From NCBI GenBank assembly GCA_032718475.1, contig JAUCBJ010000650.1:1-56646 (forward strand): DNA of 56,646 nucleotides, in the 5' to 3' direction. A program made the translations under genes and the position numbers. Of this stretch, positions 25,417 through 36,271 are shown one piece after another; position 1 is the first letter of the stretch; the number at the start of each line of letters is the position of its first letter. The DNA comes from Nemertoderma westbladi (Eukaryota; Animalia; Xenacoelomorpha). The notes beneath the pieces were generated by a model. That model worked only from the letters and a program-made list of their open reading frames with translations, was not told where the DNA came from and did not search any database.

Positions 25417-28400
25417 CTAAACTTTCAGGTGCCCCTTCTTCCAGTAGGCACTCTCCCACTGCCCTCCTATACGTCCTCTTACTCTTCGCCACGCTCTCCC
25501 CGCCAACTCCAACTGACCAGGAATTGGCTCTCCCTCTTTCACCACCCTAAGGTTGGGTCTCTCCACCGTCTTCTTAACTAGCTCATCTCCTGGCATCAAA
25601 ATGCCACCTCTCTCCTTGTTGTCTCCCGCCGGCAGAATGAATAGAAAGTGAAAGAACAGGCAGAACAGTAGGTACAATAGTAGTCCTATCCCTTTCCGTT
25701 CTGCCTTCCTTCTCGACTTCCCCCTTGTCGGTATGCCTCCAAACTGGACCTGCGTCTCTTCCGGACACTCCTCTGGACACTCCTCCAGACACTCCTCTAG
25801 ACACTCCTCCCGACACTCCTCCGGAGTGTTGTCCTCCGGACACCTCGCCGTCCGCTCCGCTCCGTCTCCATACCGATGCTTGCTGGGAAACCTACTCTCC
25901 TCTGCCCACTTTCTTACTGTCACCTCCCTATCTGGCTCTACTATCTCCTCCGGCTTCTTATATCCGTCCCCTGTGTCTGCGGTGCCTGGTAACATGCACC
26001 CATGGTAACATGTCGTTACTGAACGACCGCCCTCTCCTGATATCTTCACTGGCACTACCCCGAGTAGTGCTTTTCTCTTCTTCTCTTCTGTCGTGCTTGT
26101 AGCTGCTGTTTCTCTACACTCTCCGGATCTGTGTCCTTCTACCACACATCGATGACATAGTCCGTTTGCGTCTGTGTAGGCTACACGATCACGTTTGGGC
26201 AACGCTTGCCAGTACTTGCAACTCCTGGTCTTATGGGTTCCGTCCCGATGTAATTGACATTGGAATCCTGGATTATAGCGTTTCCTGTATAGTCCTTCAC
26301 GTATCGCGCTTAGGTTTATATGTACCGATTTAATGTTTTGGTTGTCTAGACTCGGCCTACTGGGTATATTGGGATTGTTTTTATTTTTGGTGTTATTTTC
26401 TTTCTGTCCCTGCCACGGTGTGGCCCTGCTACCAGCTAACTGTGGACTAGCAGTCCCCTGTATGGCCGCGTGTGGTATCGACTGTCCGCACGACCTTCTC
26501 TCATCCAAGGGGTCCGATGTTCTTGCTCCTATTGGGGTATATTGTCGATATTGTGATGGGGGAATGTCACCCTGTCCCCCCCCAGCCGGTATGTTTGGTA
26601 CTGGGGTTGATGTTAATACATTGGGGCCCATACGTCTATCTCCAATAACTCCCCCCTCCCCTGGATATATGTTATGTCCCTGTGTATTATAGTCATGCTG
26701 CTGTACCGATATAGGCCTACCTACCTCTCGCCTACCTACCGGTATGTACTCCGCGACTTCCGGGTTTAATCCCGTCGTTCGCGCTACCCCATCGCCTACT
26801 CTATCTCTCCCAGCATGGCCTATAATAGTATGTGCAGTAAGGCCTACAGTATGTCCTGCAGTCTGCATGTGCCCTTCCGAACCGAAGTTTATTCTTCGCG
26901 AATCTCGAATCTCCCCGCGACTACCGTACTCTCGATCGGCAGCTATATCCCGTCGGGAAGTTTCCCCTCGATCCCCTCTCCTGCTCTCGTCTTCGTACTC
27001 GGTACGTCCTGTACCCCCCTCCTGGCGTGCGGTGCGTCTCTCCGGGGCGACGGCAATCTCCCGAAGTCCGACCCCACTGACTCCCTAATTCCATCTCTAC
27101 TATCGACGGCTCGCTATCCGTCCTCGCTCTCCGGTTGCTCCTAGCAACGACTCTTCTACTATCTTCCCTTCTTCTATCTTCGACCTCTCGGTTAAACTCT
27201 GCTAATCTTCTTCTATCTTCGACCTCTCTATTATACTCTGCTAATCTTCTTCTATCTTCGACCTCTCTATTAAACTCTACTAATCTTCTCTCTTCTGACT
27301 GGGCTCGACGTTCCGTCGCCCGCCCTCTCGCGACGTCAACCTGTCTCTCTCTGCTCGATCGCACGCCGCTGGGGATACTCGCAATCCCCCTATTACTCTC
27401 CGTCGCCGGGTGTTGCGGTTTACCTAATTCGGCCCGCGCATTATCCGCCGACGCCTGTGGGACACTCCCTGCCCCCCCTCTCTCGCTACTAATCCCTCGC
27501 GGTGGGGTGCCCGTAGCCCCCCCCCACCCGCTACTTCTAACTTCACTATCTCTTACTACACTTCTGCGTCCCTCTTGTCGGACATTCTCTGCCCCCCCTC
27601 TCTCGCCACTAATCTTCCGTGGTGGGGCGCCCGTAGCCCCCCCCCACTCGCCACATCTAACTTCAATATCTCTTACTTCGTCTCTACACCCCTCTCTAGT
27701 CGACACACTGTCTCTACTACGGCTGGGTCTATTCACCCCCGCCTCTCTCTCTACTACTGCGTGGCCTACCAGGCCAACCTCGGGTTGGCTCAACCCCGCT
27801 ACCTCCTGCCTACCAACTACGTGGCCTACCAGGCCGCCGTCGGGTTGGCGCAACCCCGCCACTTCCTGCCTACTAACTACGTGGCCTACCAGGCCGCCGT
27901 CTGCCGGGCTATACACGTCTGACGCGTTCACATTAATAGCACCATTCCCAATATTATTTGTTAAATCAATTAAATTATTAGAATTTGAAACGGAATTATT
28001 TAAATTATTTAAATTAGAGTTGTTATTATTTTCAAAATTTAAATTGCTATTCGAATTATTTGAATTATTTTGATTATTCTGAATATTTGAATTAATATTA
28101 TTATTTGAATTTAAACTTAAATTACTACTACCGGGTAAAATATTTCCTGTAATAAAGGGATTAGGGTTATTTACTACGGTACTATTAATACCAATATTTC
28201 CTAACGCACTACTACTACCCCCCTCGCCCGTACGGTTGCTGTACGTACTGTACGTGTACCGCACGCTCTGTTCTCTTGCCTCACGCTCTTCGCGTTCACT
28301 CTCTCGCTCCTTCCTTCCCCTCAGTCGCCACTCTAATTCTTCAATTTTTAATTTATATGCATGCCAGATTTATCTCCTGCACCCTTCTTTCTTTTGCGGA

Positions 28401-29195
28401 GGATGTAGCAGACTTATCGGTTGCGACGGACTCCCGCCGCCCCTCCGTCCTACTAACTTTCCCCCGCTCTCCGGGGTTCTCGCTGACCAACGAGACCGAA
28501 TCCTCGGAGCTAACCTCGGATTCGCCCTCGTGCGGTCCCGCCCAACCCACTAACTTAACTTCCCTGGCATCGACTAAGTATGGCCCTATGTACACTACAC
28601 CAGGCCCCATACCCCTACGTTCCCATAGCCCAAACAGTTCGAAGGCAACCCCTCTCGCTCTCTCCTCGGCCAGTTCTCCCTGCCCAGAACGCACTAGGTA
28701 ATCAAAGTATCTGTTCGACTCACCTAGTCGTCTCCTCAACTTCACCTGGTCTATCTCAGCCCCTCCTCTAGCTTCCTTCAGTTGTTCCCGGGTCGCGGCG
28801 TAGGCTCGTCGAAGTCGATCAGAAACCCCGACATCCTCGTCGCCGACCTCTCCTCTCTCCCTCCGGGTTCGGCGTCGTACCGTCGGCTCCACCGTTGCCG
28901 TTCCGGTGGGCCGTTCGTCGCCCTCGGTCTGTGGCTGACCGGCGACATCGGCATATCGACCGCCGCCCTGTGTCGACTCGTCTCTCTCCTCCCCCGTCTC
29001 GCTCTCTCCTCTACTCGACTCGCTCTCTCGCTGTAGACGACCCCCCACATCTTGGTTCGCCGGGTTGCTCGTTATCGACGTGGTCGACGTAGCATCGACC
29101 GGCGTCGTGGGTCCGTATCGTCTCGCCGTGGCCTCGCGGATCGTTAGATCGTCGTCCGGGGTCCGCGGCGGTGTCGTTCCTCTCTCTCGGCTCAT
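25417..29195 (-). pseudogene. Gag-like polyprotein of element A in three frames (28353-29195, 26921-28264, 25417-26868), probably one ORF with two frameshifts
   Basis: BEL-type knuckles CQLHRDGTHKTRSC..LCHRCVVEGHRSGEC; start of protease (LLGVVPVKISG..SVTT) without the catalytic Asp; coiled-coil and Asn-rich repeats; adjacent frames overlap near 28350 and 27085. Confidence 0.75.
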
Positions 29196-29290
29196 CTTCG
29201 TCTTTGGTAGCCGTCAGTCACAGCTCGGCAGGCCTAGTGTTAAGACTGTGACGGGCAGTTACAGTTCAGGCAATTCTCAGATGTTAAGAC

Positions 29291-29850
29291 TGTGACGGGA
29301 TCCGAGAGGATCCCGGTTTATCCGGTGTGTTTCGTACGCGTCCCCGCCCCGCCGTGTGAATGGAAAAGGTAATAATTGTTCTAGTGTCGTTGTCGAACTC
29401 TGATAACGTTGAGATAATAAATGATGAGTGATACAGATAGCACAGTAGATAAAGCTAATATACCGGTAATATGGTGACGGTGGCGACGACGGTCTTAACA
29501 GTCACCGTACTGCCTTACTGTACTGGGATAGCTGACTGAGTAAACTGACTATAATGATTACCGTACAGGTAATATATATTGCACGGGTTTGGCCGTTACA
29601 GTACTTAGTCGATGCTGTCCCCCCATTGGCTAATACCCCTGTTGGCACCCTTTGCCCCCCTCTGAAGTGCTTCCCTTCGCCCTTGCTGTTCTCTCTTGGT
29701 TAGGGGTTTGGCCCCTGACCCCTATTGTGTGCTTCCTTCCCACTCTTATTGGGATGGCACGAGTTGGTTAATTGCCCAATCTCGTGGCTCCCAATATTGC
29801 TTATCGGCTTATAACTTTATGGGGTGTTGGCGGGATTGAATAAGCTAACA
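29291..29850 (-). repeat. 5' LTR of element A
   Basis: Direct repeat of 23511-24070; upstream of the ATG at 29195. Confidence 0.97.
29540..29580 (-). promoter_or_regulatory. Candidate LTR core promoter (TATATATT about 30 nt upstream of a TCAGTT initiator)
   Basis: Canonical TATA-Inr spacing; TCAGTT conserved at about 33790 in the related LTR. Confidence 0.5.
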
Positions 29851-29855
29851 ATCAT

Positions 29856-31296
29856 TCTAAAATTGCCGATATTGATCACACTCGATCGAAGTTGCAACCT
29901 TCTGGCTGTAATTGCCTTGTTTGCGAAATTGCTGCAGTATCTGCATCACCTAGAGTGATAACTTCTACCAAGAAACGACGTGGTCGACCATCATCATGTG
30001 GTCACACCCAGGACGGGAACAACGACCACAACCTATAACGCTCTGCAGAAAGTGTCTGACAGTTATAGGAATTGGAAAGGATCATTTGTGCGCAAAATCC
30101 ACCCGCAACGAAAACATTGTTCAACTGGCTGAGCAGGGAACCCCCTCGCCAAAGCAAAAGATAGCTGTAAAAATAATTACAGAAGAAGTGTCAATCAGAA
30201 ACTCGGAAGCCGACATTTCGTGTTCTACATCAAGAAATGTTGTTTCTCTTTCAACTAGCACTGGGCTACCTTTTAAACTTACGGTTGGTTTAACTCATAA
30301 TCCTTCTGAAGTTAGAAAGAACCTTTCAGCTGAACTTTTCTCAAATATTCAAGTAGCCAAAGTTTAGGGTTTAGCACAAGGACGATGTTGGGAGATGCTT
30401 CTCATCTACGAAGTGCCTTAAAATATCGTAATATTATAGAATCTCACCTACAGGAAAAGCTTCAAGAACGAAATCACCGCTTGGATGAACACTTCTCTCT
30501 AACTCAGTTAAATTTTACTAAGAAGAGTCCATCAGAGGAGCTACCTGATGTGACTTCAAAGTCAGTAGTTTTTTGTACTGATATTCGTAAACTAATATCA
30601 ACTGTGCTGGAGCTACGAACCCAATCTGAGTCAGATATAGTATCAAAACTAGGCATTGATGGAGGTGGTGGATTTATAAAAGTTTGCTTGAACCTTTTCA
30701 GCATTGATGATGATATTAGTACCCATTTACCATCGTCTAAGAGGCGAAGTTATGTAGCAGATGGAATGACTACAGCTAAAAAGTTTAAACTGTCAGGGGT
30801 AAAGAAACTGTTTATCGTATTTATTGCTCCAGATGTTGAAGAGAGCTATGCCAACCTTCTTAAGATTTGGATGCAGCTCAAACTCGTGGACTCCCCTCTG
30901 GATAATCAAATAATTGCAACCGACTTGAAACTGGCAAATATACTGTTAGGGCTAATGGCTCATGGACCAAATCATCCTTGCAGCTGGTGCGATATACATA
31001 AATCTCAGCTTTCACAAGGATCAGGCCAGCTAAGGATGCTTCAAAATATAGAAGATAAATTCTGGAGTTGATTTACTGCTGGGGTAAAGAGCTCAGAAGC
31101 AAAGAACTTCGGCATTGTTGTACATATTCCACTATCTCTCGGGTCCAAGGAAAGCTTGGTATTGGACGTCATACCACCGCCAGAGCTGCACTTGCTGCTT
31201 GGGACTGTCAATGCAATGTTTAATAGCATGGCCAAAGAGTGGCCAGAGGCGTTAACATGGGCTTCAGAATGTAATGTTGAACGCGAGGCGTATCAT
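29856..31296 (+). pseudogene. Chapaev transposase core (frameshift and two stops), truncated
   Basis: LCRKC..DHLC, GIDGGGGFIKV, VEESYANL, TDLKLANILLGL..HPCSWC, PPPELHLLLG. Confidence 0.85.
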
Positions 31297-31853
31297 TGTA
31301 GGCGGATTCAATTCCCTGCATTACCCACCGAAAATGGGATTAGTGGCATTTTCCAATCATAGTGGGCGAGGTGACATTAGCAATAATAATGTCACCTCAC
31401 AACCAACTAAGGCGATACACGCCGGAAGCCACAGAGAGAGTTGAGAGGTCAAACCACCTCAGAGGGACAAAAAAGCTAATAAGGCTAGCACGAAGGGAAG
31501 GTGACAACAGGGAGTGGCGAGGGGACAATCTCAGGAAGAGACTGAGGGAGCAGGAAGGGTGGAAAGTTACGGGTTGAAACCGAGGCGGAAAGGGACACAG
31601 TGGATCTACCGGGTCCGGGTCCACTCCCAGCGAGGGAGGAAGATGGCGACGAGTTCAGGGAGATGCCACCCATGGAGGATCGGCCACTCAGATACGTACT
31701 GGGTGGGCGGGAGAGTGGTGATGGCCAGCGGGGCGAGAGCCTTCTGGGATAAACCCGGCAAGAGGGCCTGGGTGCATGAGGAGCCGGCGATGGATTTCAC
31801 GGGAAGAACGATCAGGTTGGGCGAGCAACCGGGAATGGCACCACGGGTAGTGT

Positions 31854-32477
31854 TTGGGGAGACGATGCCGAGGGTGGAGGAAGACGTCGATATGGGTAGG
31901 GATCATAGTGTCCAGATGTTTGCCTTATCAATGGCTCCATAGACCTAGGAGACCGCTCGGGGCAAAGAATGACTTGGGGTGGGATGCGTTGGTACACGGC
32001 TGTGACTACTGCGGGAGGCTAACTCACCAGGAAAAGAGCTGTTTGTATCGATTTCAGAAGGGGATGAGCTGTCTCTACTGCCACGAGTCGACCCATAGGA
32101 TGGGTGCATGTCTGAGGCTGCACAACCGCTGCTCAAAGTGCAACTTTCGAGGGCACTATGGGCGCCAGTGCGACTGGATGGACGATGAAGAGAAGTTTAA
32201 GATCTTCGAGGAGTGGGCCGACGTCAGTGTCAAGACACGGCAGAGGATGAAGGCCCAGGAGTTCCGGTGGGGCTTCTTCAACATCAATCCGGGAGCCCAC
32301 CAGGAGATTATCAAGAGGAGACTGTCATTCACATACCAGGAGGTAGCGACAGCGGCATCATATGGAGGAGTCATGAACACTCAGAGATATTTGGATAGAT
32401 GGTCACCAGAGAACAGGGGTGAGTTCAGAGACTTTCTGGCGGAACACGTGCCGCGGGCGATGAAAATGATCCTGTGA
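31854..32477 (+). CDS. Triple CCHC zinc-knuckle protein (true start probably frameshifted or upstream)
   Basis: CDYCGRLTHQEKSC, CLYCHESTHRMGAC, CSKCNFRGHYGRQC, then FEEWADVSVKTRQR..WGFF. Confidence 0.7.
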   Translation: MGRRCRGWRKTSIWVGIIVSRCLPYQWLHRPRRPLGAKNDLGWDALVHGCDYCGRLTHQEKSCLYRFQKGMSCLYCHESTHRMGACLRLHNRCSKCNFRGHYGRQCDWMDDEEKFKIFEEWADVSVKTRQRMKAQEFRWGFFNINPGAHQEIIKRRLSFTYQEVATAASYGGVMNTQRYLDRWSPENRGEFRDFLAEHVPRAMKMIL

Positions 32478-33398
32478 GATGCTACCAGGGGGAAGCAGGA
32501 GGGGCACTCAGAGGGGCCACCTGCAAAGCATTACCGGGAGTTGATAACACCAGCGCCCAAAGAACCGACGACAGGGCTTAGCAAGACTGTAACGGCAAGA
32601 ATGAGGAGTCTCAGGGAGGACAAGCCGCAGGGAAGGAAGCAGTCCAGACAAGACGATGACAGGGGCAAAGAACTAAGATGGTTCCCGAAGACGGGAGGAG
32701 AGAACTAGAACTCAGGGACGGAGATGTGAGTGTGCCTAGAAGAGACTACATGTGGGATAAAATACTAACTCCTAAGTGCAAATAATTAAGTGCAATTAGT
32801 ATGTACGTATGTAGATAATCAATATAATCAATATGAATATATAATCAATGTAAGTACTATAGTCATATATAACCTTTTCCAATTAGCTACTGGGATTGGG
32901 GACCACTTGACTACGATAATAGGACGAGACTTTAGACTGATCTCACTGACATGATGTACACATGCGTGAGACCCGATGAGAGAGAGGAGAGTGGCAGTAG
33001 AGAAGTATGGAGAGGAGGTGTTGGTGCGTGAGGAAGTGAAATAAGTGCAATTCAAATGTGGGGAGCGAGCAGTGAGAGGGTAAGAGTCCTAAGGGACCGA
33101 AGTGAAAGTAAGGGACAACAAGGTCCGTGAGAGAGCTTTGAGTAGAGTTAAAGAAAATTGTGTGAAGAGAGATCACAATTGTCTCAAACAGAGACACCAG
33201 ATACCTTGGTGCAACATAGCTCGCGATTGCACGAAGGAGGGATAGTAATAACCCACCCAGGGGGGGGGGGGGGTCAGGAAAGCCGACCCCGAGAAAAGAA
33301 CTCCACCCCACACCCAATATTAGGTTGGGTTCCAGCGGAATTGAAGCGCACTTAAGGTTGATGCTATCTTCTCACCGGGAAGATAGCATGGGGGGGAG

Positions 33399-34059
33399 TG
33401 TAAGAGGATTCAATTCCCTTGCATTATCCACCCGAAAATTGGACCAGTGGCATTTTACCAATATAGTTGGCGATACGAGATTACCAATAATAATCTCGCC
33501 TCATAACCAACTTTGGGGGGCGGGCGACACAAGCCCTAAAGCCACAGAGAGAGGTGAGAGGTCAAACCACCTCGGAGGGAGAACACAGCTAGTAAAGGCT
33601 AGCGGCGGGGGAAACACTCACAGGGAGTGCCAAAGTGACAATTAGTATATAAGCCAATGGCAGGCAGGGGAGCACGTGAACAGAGATAGGAAAACATCCA
33701 TTGGGTACAGAAGGCCAAGTAGAGTAAGAGGTGAAACCAATATCTGTGTGTAACAATCATATAGTTATTCTGTATTACTGATTTACCGGTCAGTTCAGTA
33801 ATCACAGAGTTGCAGACCAGTTATAGTTTTTGACCGTCGCCACGTTATCATATATTATTCTATCTGCTGTTGTTCTGTATTGCGATATCAATCACATACT
33901 AATCCTGTGCTATTATCATTTGGAACATTAACATTGAGAACCACAAACTCTGTTATTTTTCCCCAACAGCCTTCGGCCAAAAGGACACTAGCTCGGCAGC
34001 CCAGCAGAACGGTGATGCGTACTAAACCTTACCCGGTCGGGATCTACGATCCCATCACA
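33399..34059 (+). repeat. 3' LTR of element B (661 bp)
   Basis: GGGGGGGAG PPT then TGTAAG; ends CGGGATCTACGATCCCATCACA. Confidence 0.9.
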
Positions 34060-34239
34060 GTGCACACCCTGTGACATTCTTGAGACGCATTTTAAAGGTC
34101 ACTGGCCTTGAAGATGCGGATGATCTAGCAAATGTCATGGGTGATAGGGAGTTGTGGCAGCGCAATTTTGTCGACAAGACTGCACAGCATTATTAAAAAT
34201 GCAGCTGCAATGCAGCATGCCGATCCTAGTAGTAGTAGT
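34060..34239 (+). mobile_element. 3' end of the RTE-like LINE family
   Basis: Close match to 16437-16613, including the (TAG)n tail. Confidence 0.93.
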
Positions 34240-34907
34240 GTATTTAAACTCTATAATATATCTTATTGTAGATTTTACATGAAAATAGCCACCACAGCCC
34301 TCTATTGTAAACCTCCTTTGGGAAATAACTTATAATGAATAATCTGAAAGGTCTAGATAAAATAAAATCAGCCCATGTACAGAGAATGCTCTGCCTGCAC
34401 TCTTCAGCTTCCTCTACAGCTGCACAAAAACTCGTATGCGAACAGACTCTTAACTGAAACCATTATAACTAAGTATCCGGGTCTCCTAAATGCTGAAGTA
34501 ATGACTTCCTAGCATGCATTCCGCAGGGAGTGCGACACAAACTTCGTTGACCAAGGCTATAGCCGTGGTCCAGCATTCTCCTCATGAATGTGGAAACATG
34601 CTGGACAGAGCAGCCAGCACATTGTCACACGCGCCACGGTCCATGGTTTCCACCACAGGATTTGCTCCGATCCAACGTCCTTTAATGCATCTAGACCTGA
34701 GTGTGTCTGCTCCTACTGCAATAACAGCGCTGTAGCTCCTGATACATGTCTTAGATTGCTCGTTATCTCCTCGTCTATCCATCCTAGTGGCCTTATCTAG
34801 TCGCTAGCCCCAATCCAAGCTCAATTGTTGAATACATTGATTTTAACTATAATGTAACTAATAATTTTAATCTATAGTATATTTTAATTTTATATAATTG
34901 TACAAAC

Positions 34908-35062
34908 CCCAATTTACCACGGTATTGGTAGTGGTAATAAATGAAAGGCACCCGGGTGTCCTTCGCTGTTCCCATGAGCATGCCCCACATTCGTCAACCA
35001 CAACTAGCCACCCACGGTCTATGGCACAGTTTCCATAATTTCGGTTTATGAAGAAGTGTCGG
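34908..35062 (-). CDS. Host exon, uncharacterised domain (RHFFINRNYGNCAIDRGWLVVVD..CSWE)
   Basis: AG/GT borders; splices in frame with 35282-35475. Confidence 0.65.
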
Positions 35063-35281
35063 CTAAATGAATTCAAAATATGTCAATTAATTATATTAAA
35101 AAATTGAAATAATTCGTATTTTGTTATTATTCATAAGTTTTAAAAACTGCAAGTTATTATGCAGTAAGTTATGTTATGATGTAAGTTATGTAAACCTGTA
35201 TGTATGTTATATAAGTGTAAGGTGTATCCAAGGATATGGAATTGATCATCTATAGAGGAGAAATGTAAATTTCTTACTCAC

Positions 35282-35475
35282 CGTGGTGCTGTGGAACCAG
35301 GATAATGATCTCCACGAACAGAAAAGTAATTTGTTATCGAGTCGCTTGAGAAGTCTGTAAAAGAACTTTCAATGATGTTTGTTTTGTCAAAGAAGGAAAT
35401 CTTGTTCTTTCCGATTCCATTGAATGTAATATGAGATAATTCATTACCTCCGTCGTCATAAAGGACAATCTTCAC
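35282..35475 (-). CDS. Host exon, uncharacterised domain (VKIVLYDDGGNELSHITFNG..NYFSVRGD)
   Basis: ag|GTG acceptor and CG|gtgagt donor; open frame. Confidence 0.65.
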
Positions 35476-36133
35476 CTATTTAAATTTATATAATTTGTTT
35501 ATAAAAAGGGCACTGAATCCTGTGAACTGAAAAATTGTAATTTTTTATCTTAATTTGTATGTGTTCTTTTGTTCTACTTGAGTTTGAACTGCATTAAATT
35601 ATTTTCTGTAGGTAGGTTCTTGCCAAACATTAGATTATATTGTGGTCATCTGATTGTGTATTATTATGGTTTAAATTATATTGAAGTTAGGCATATGGGC
35701 CAGCTTATCTGATTAAAAAGTGGTAGGTGGATTATCAAGATAGCACAGTTGAACAATTAAATGTTAATTAATTAAGAATAGATTTTGTAGACAAAATATA
35801 TAAATTTTGGGAAACTATGTAACATAGTCCACTCCCAGGATTATCCATACTAGATTTTAATGTATAATACTTATTATATTATATTGATTATCACCTCTCA
35901 TTATCGCCATCTGATTGGTCTGCTAAGATAATGTGCCATCTGGATTTTGTATTATAAATACTCCAACTTTTGAAACGCCCGTGATTTGTTGAGCCTGGTG
36001 GATAGTATGCTCTGAAAGTAGTTTTACAGCTGTTTGGTCAGCTAATCTTCGGTAAAAACCAGCCAATGCACTATTGTTTGTATCTCTACTGTAGACTACT
36101 GTGTTATTTGGTGGCTGTGTCAATGTGTTTAAA

Positions 36134-36271
36134 GCCCCGTTCACATCCAACGGCACCTTGTTTAAATGGGCTGCGGTATACCGCGCGGTTAACCGCTCAA
36201 CTACCTGTTGGGTCGTTCAGTCAGCGGTGGTACACCATGCAGTGTACCATTCCGTTGGATGTGAATGGGCC
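36134..36271. mobile_element. MITE, PIF/Harbinger-like
   Basis: Imperfect 20-bp TIR GCCCCGTTCACATCCAACGG / CCGTTGGATGTGAATGGGCC; TSD unclear. Confidence 0.65.

Larger units (their letters stand above)
23511..29850 (-). mobile_element. Young non-autonomous LTR retrotransposon, BEL/Pao-derived (element A)
   Basis: 560-bp LTRs with 6 differences, TGT..ACA, ATCAT TSD (23506-23510 and 29851-29855), G-rich PPT at 24071-24079, gag-like ORFs, no RT or IN. Confidence 0.95.
22100..31296 (+). mobile_element. Chapaev-type (CMC) DNA transposon, interrupted by an LTR element and truncated on the right
   Basis: Candidate left terminus CACTAGGGCGG; AT-rich subterminal region; transposase split at 23510/29856; right end absent. 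Confidence 0.7.
31297..34059 (+). mobile_element. Chimeric/deleted LTR element of the same family (element B)
   Basis: Partial LTR from TGT at 31297 (about 170 bp similar to 33399 onward); pre-PPT block nearly identical to element A; full 3' LTR; no TSD. Confidence 0.85.

Noticed and set aside
27135-28073. 312-aa plus-strand Leu/Ser-rich ORF and other plus-strand ORFs in element A
   Set aside because: Antisense shadows of the purine-rich repetitive gag frame
34275-34345. Terminal exon (..AVVAIFM*) of the gene with exons at 34908-35475
   Set aside because: Plausible, but the in-frame acceptor introduces a TAG stop, so it was not called
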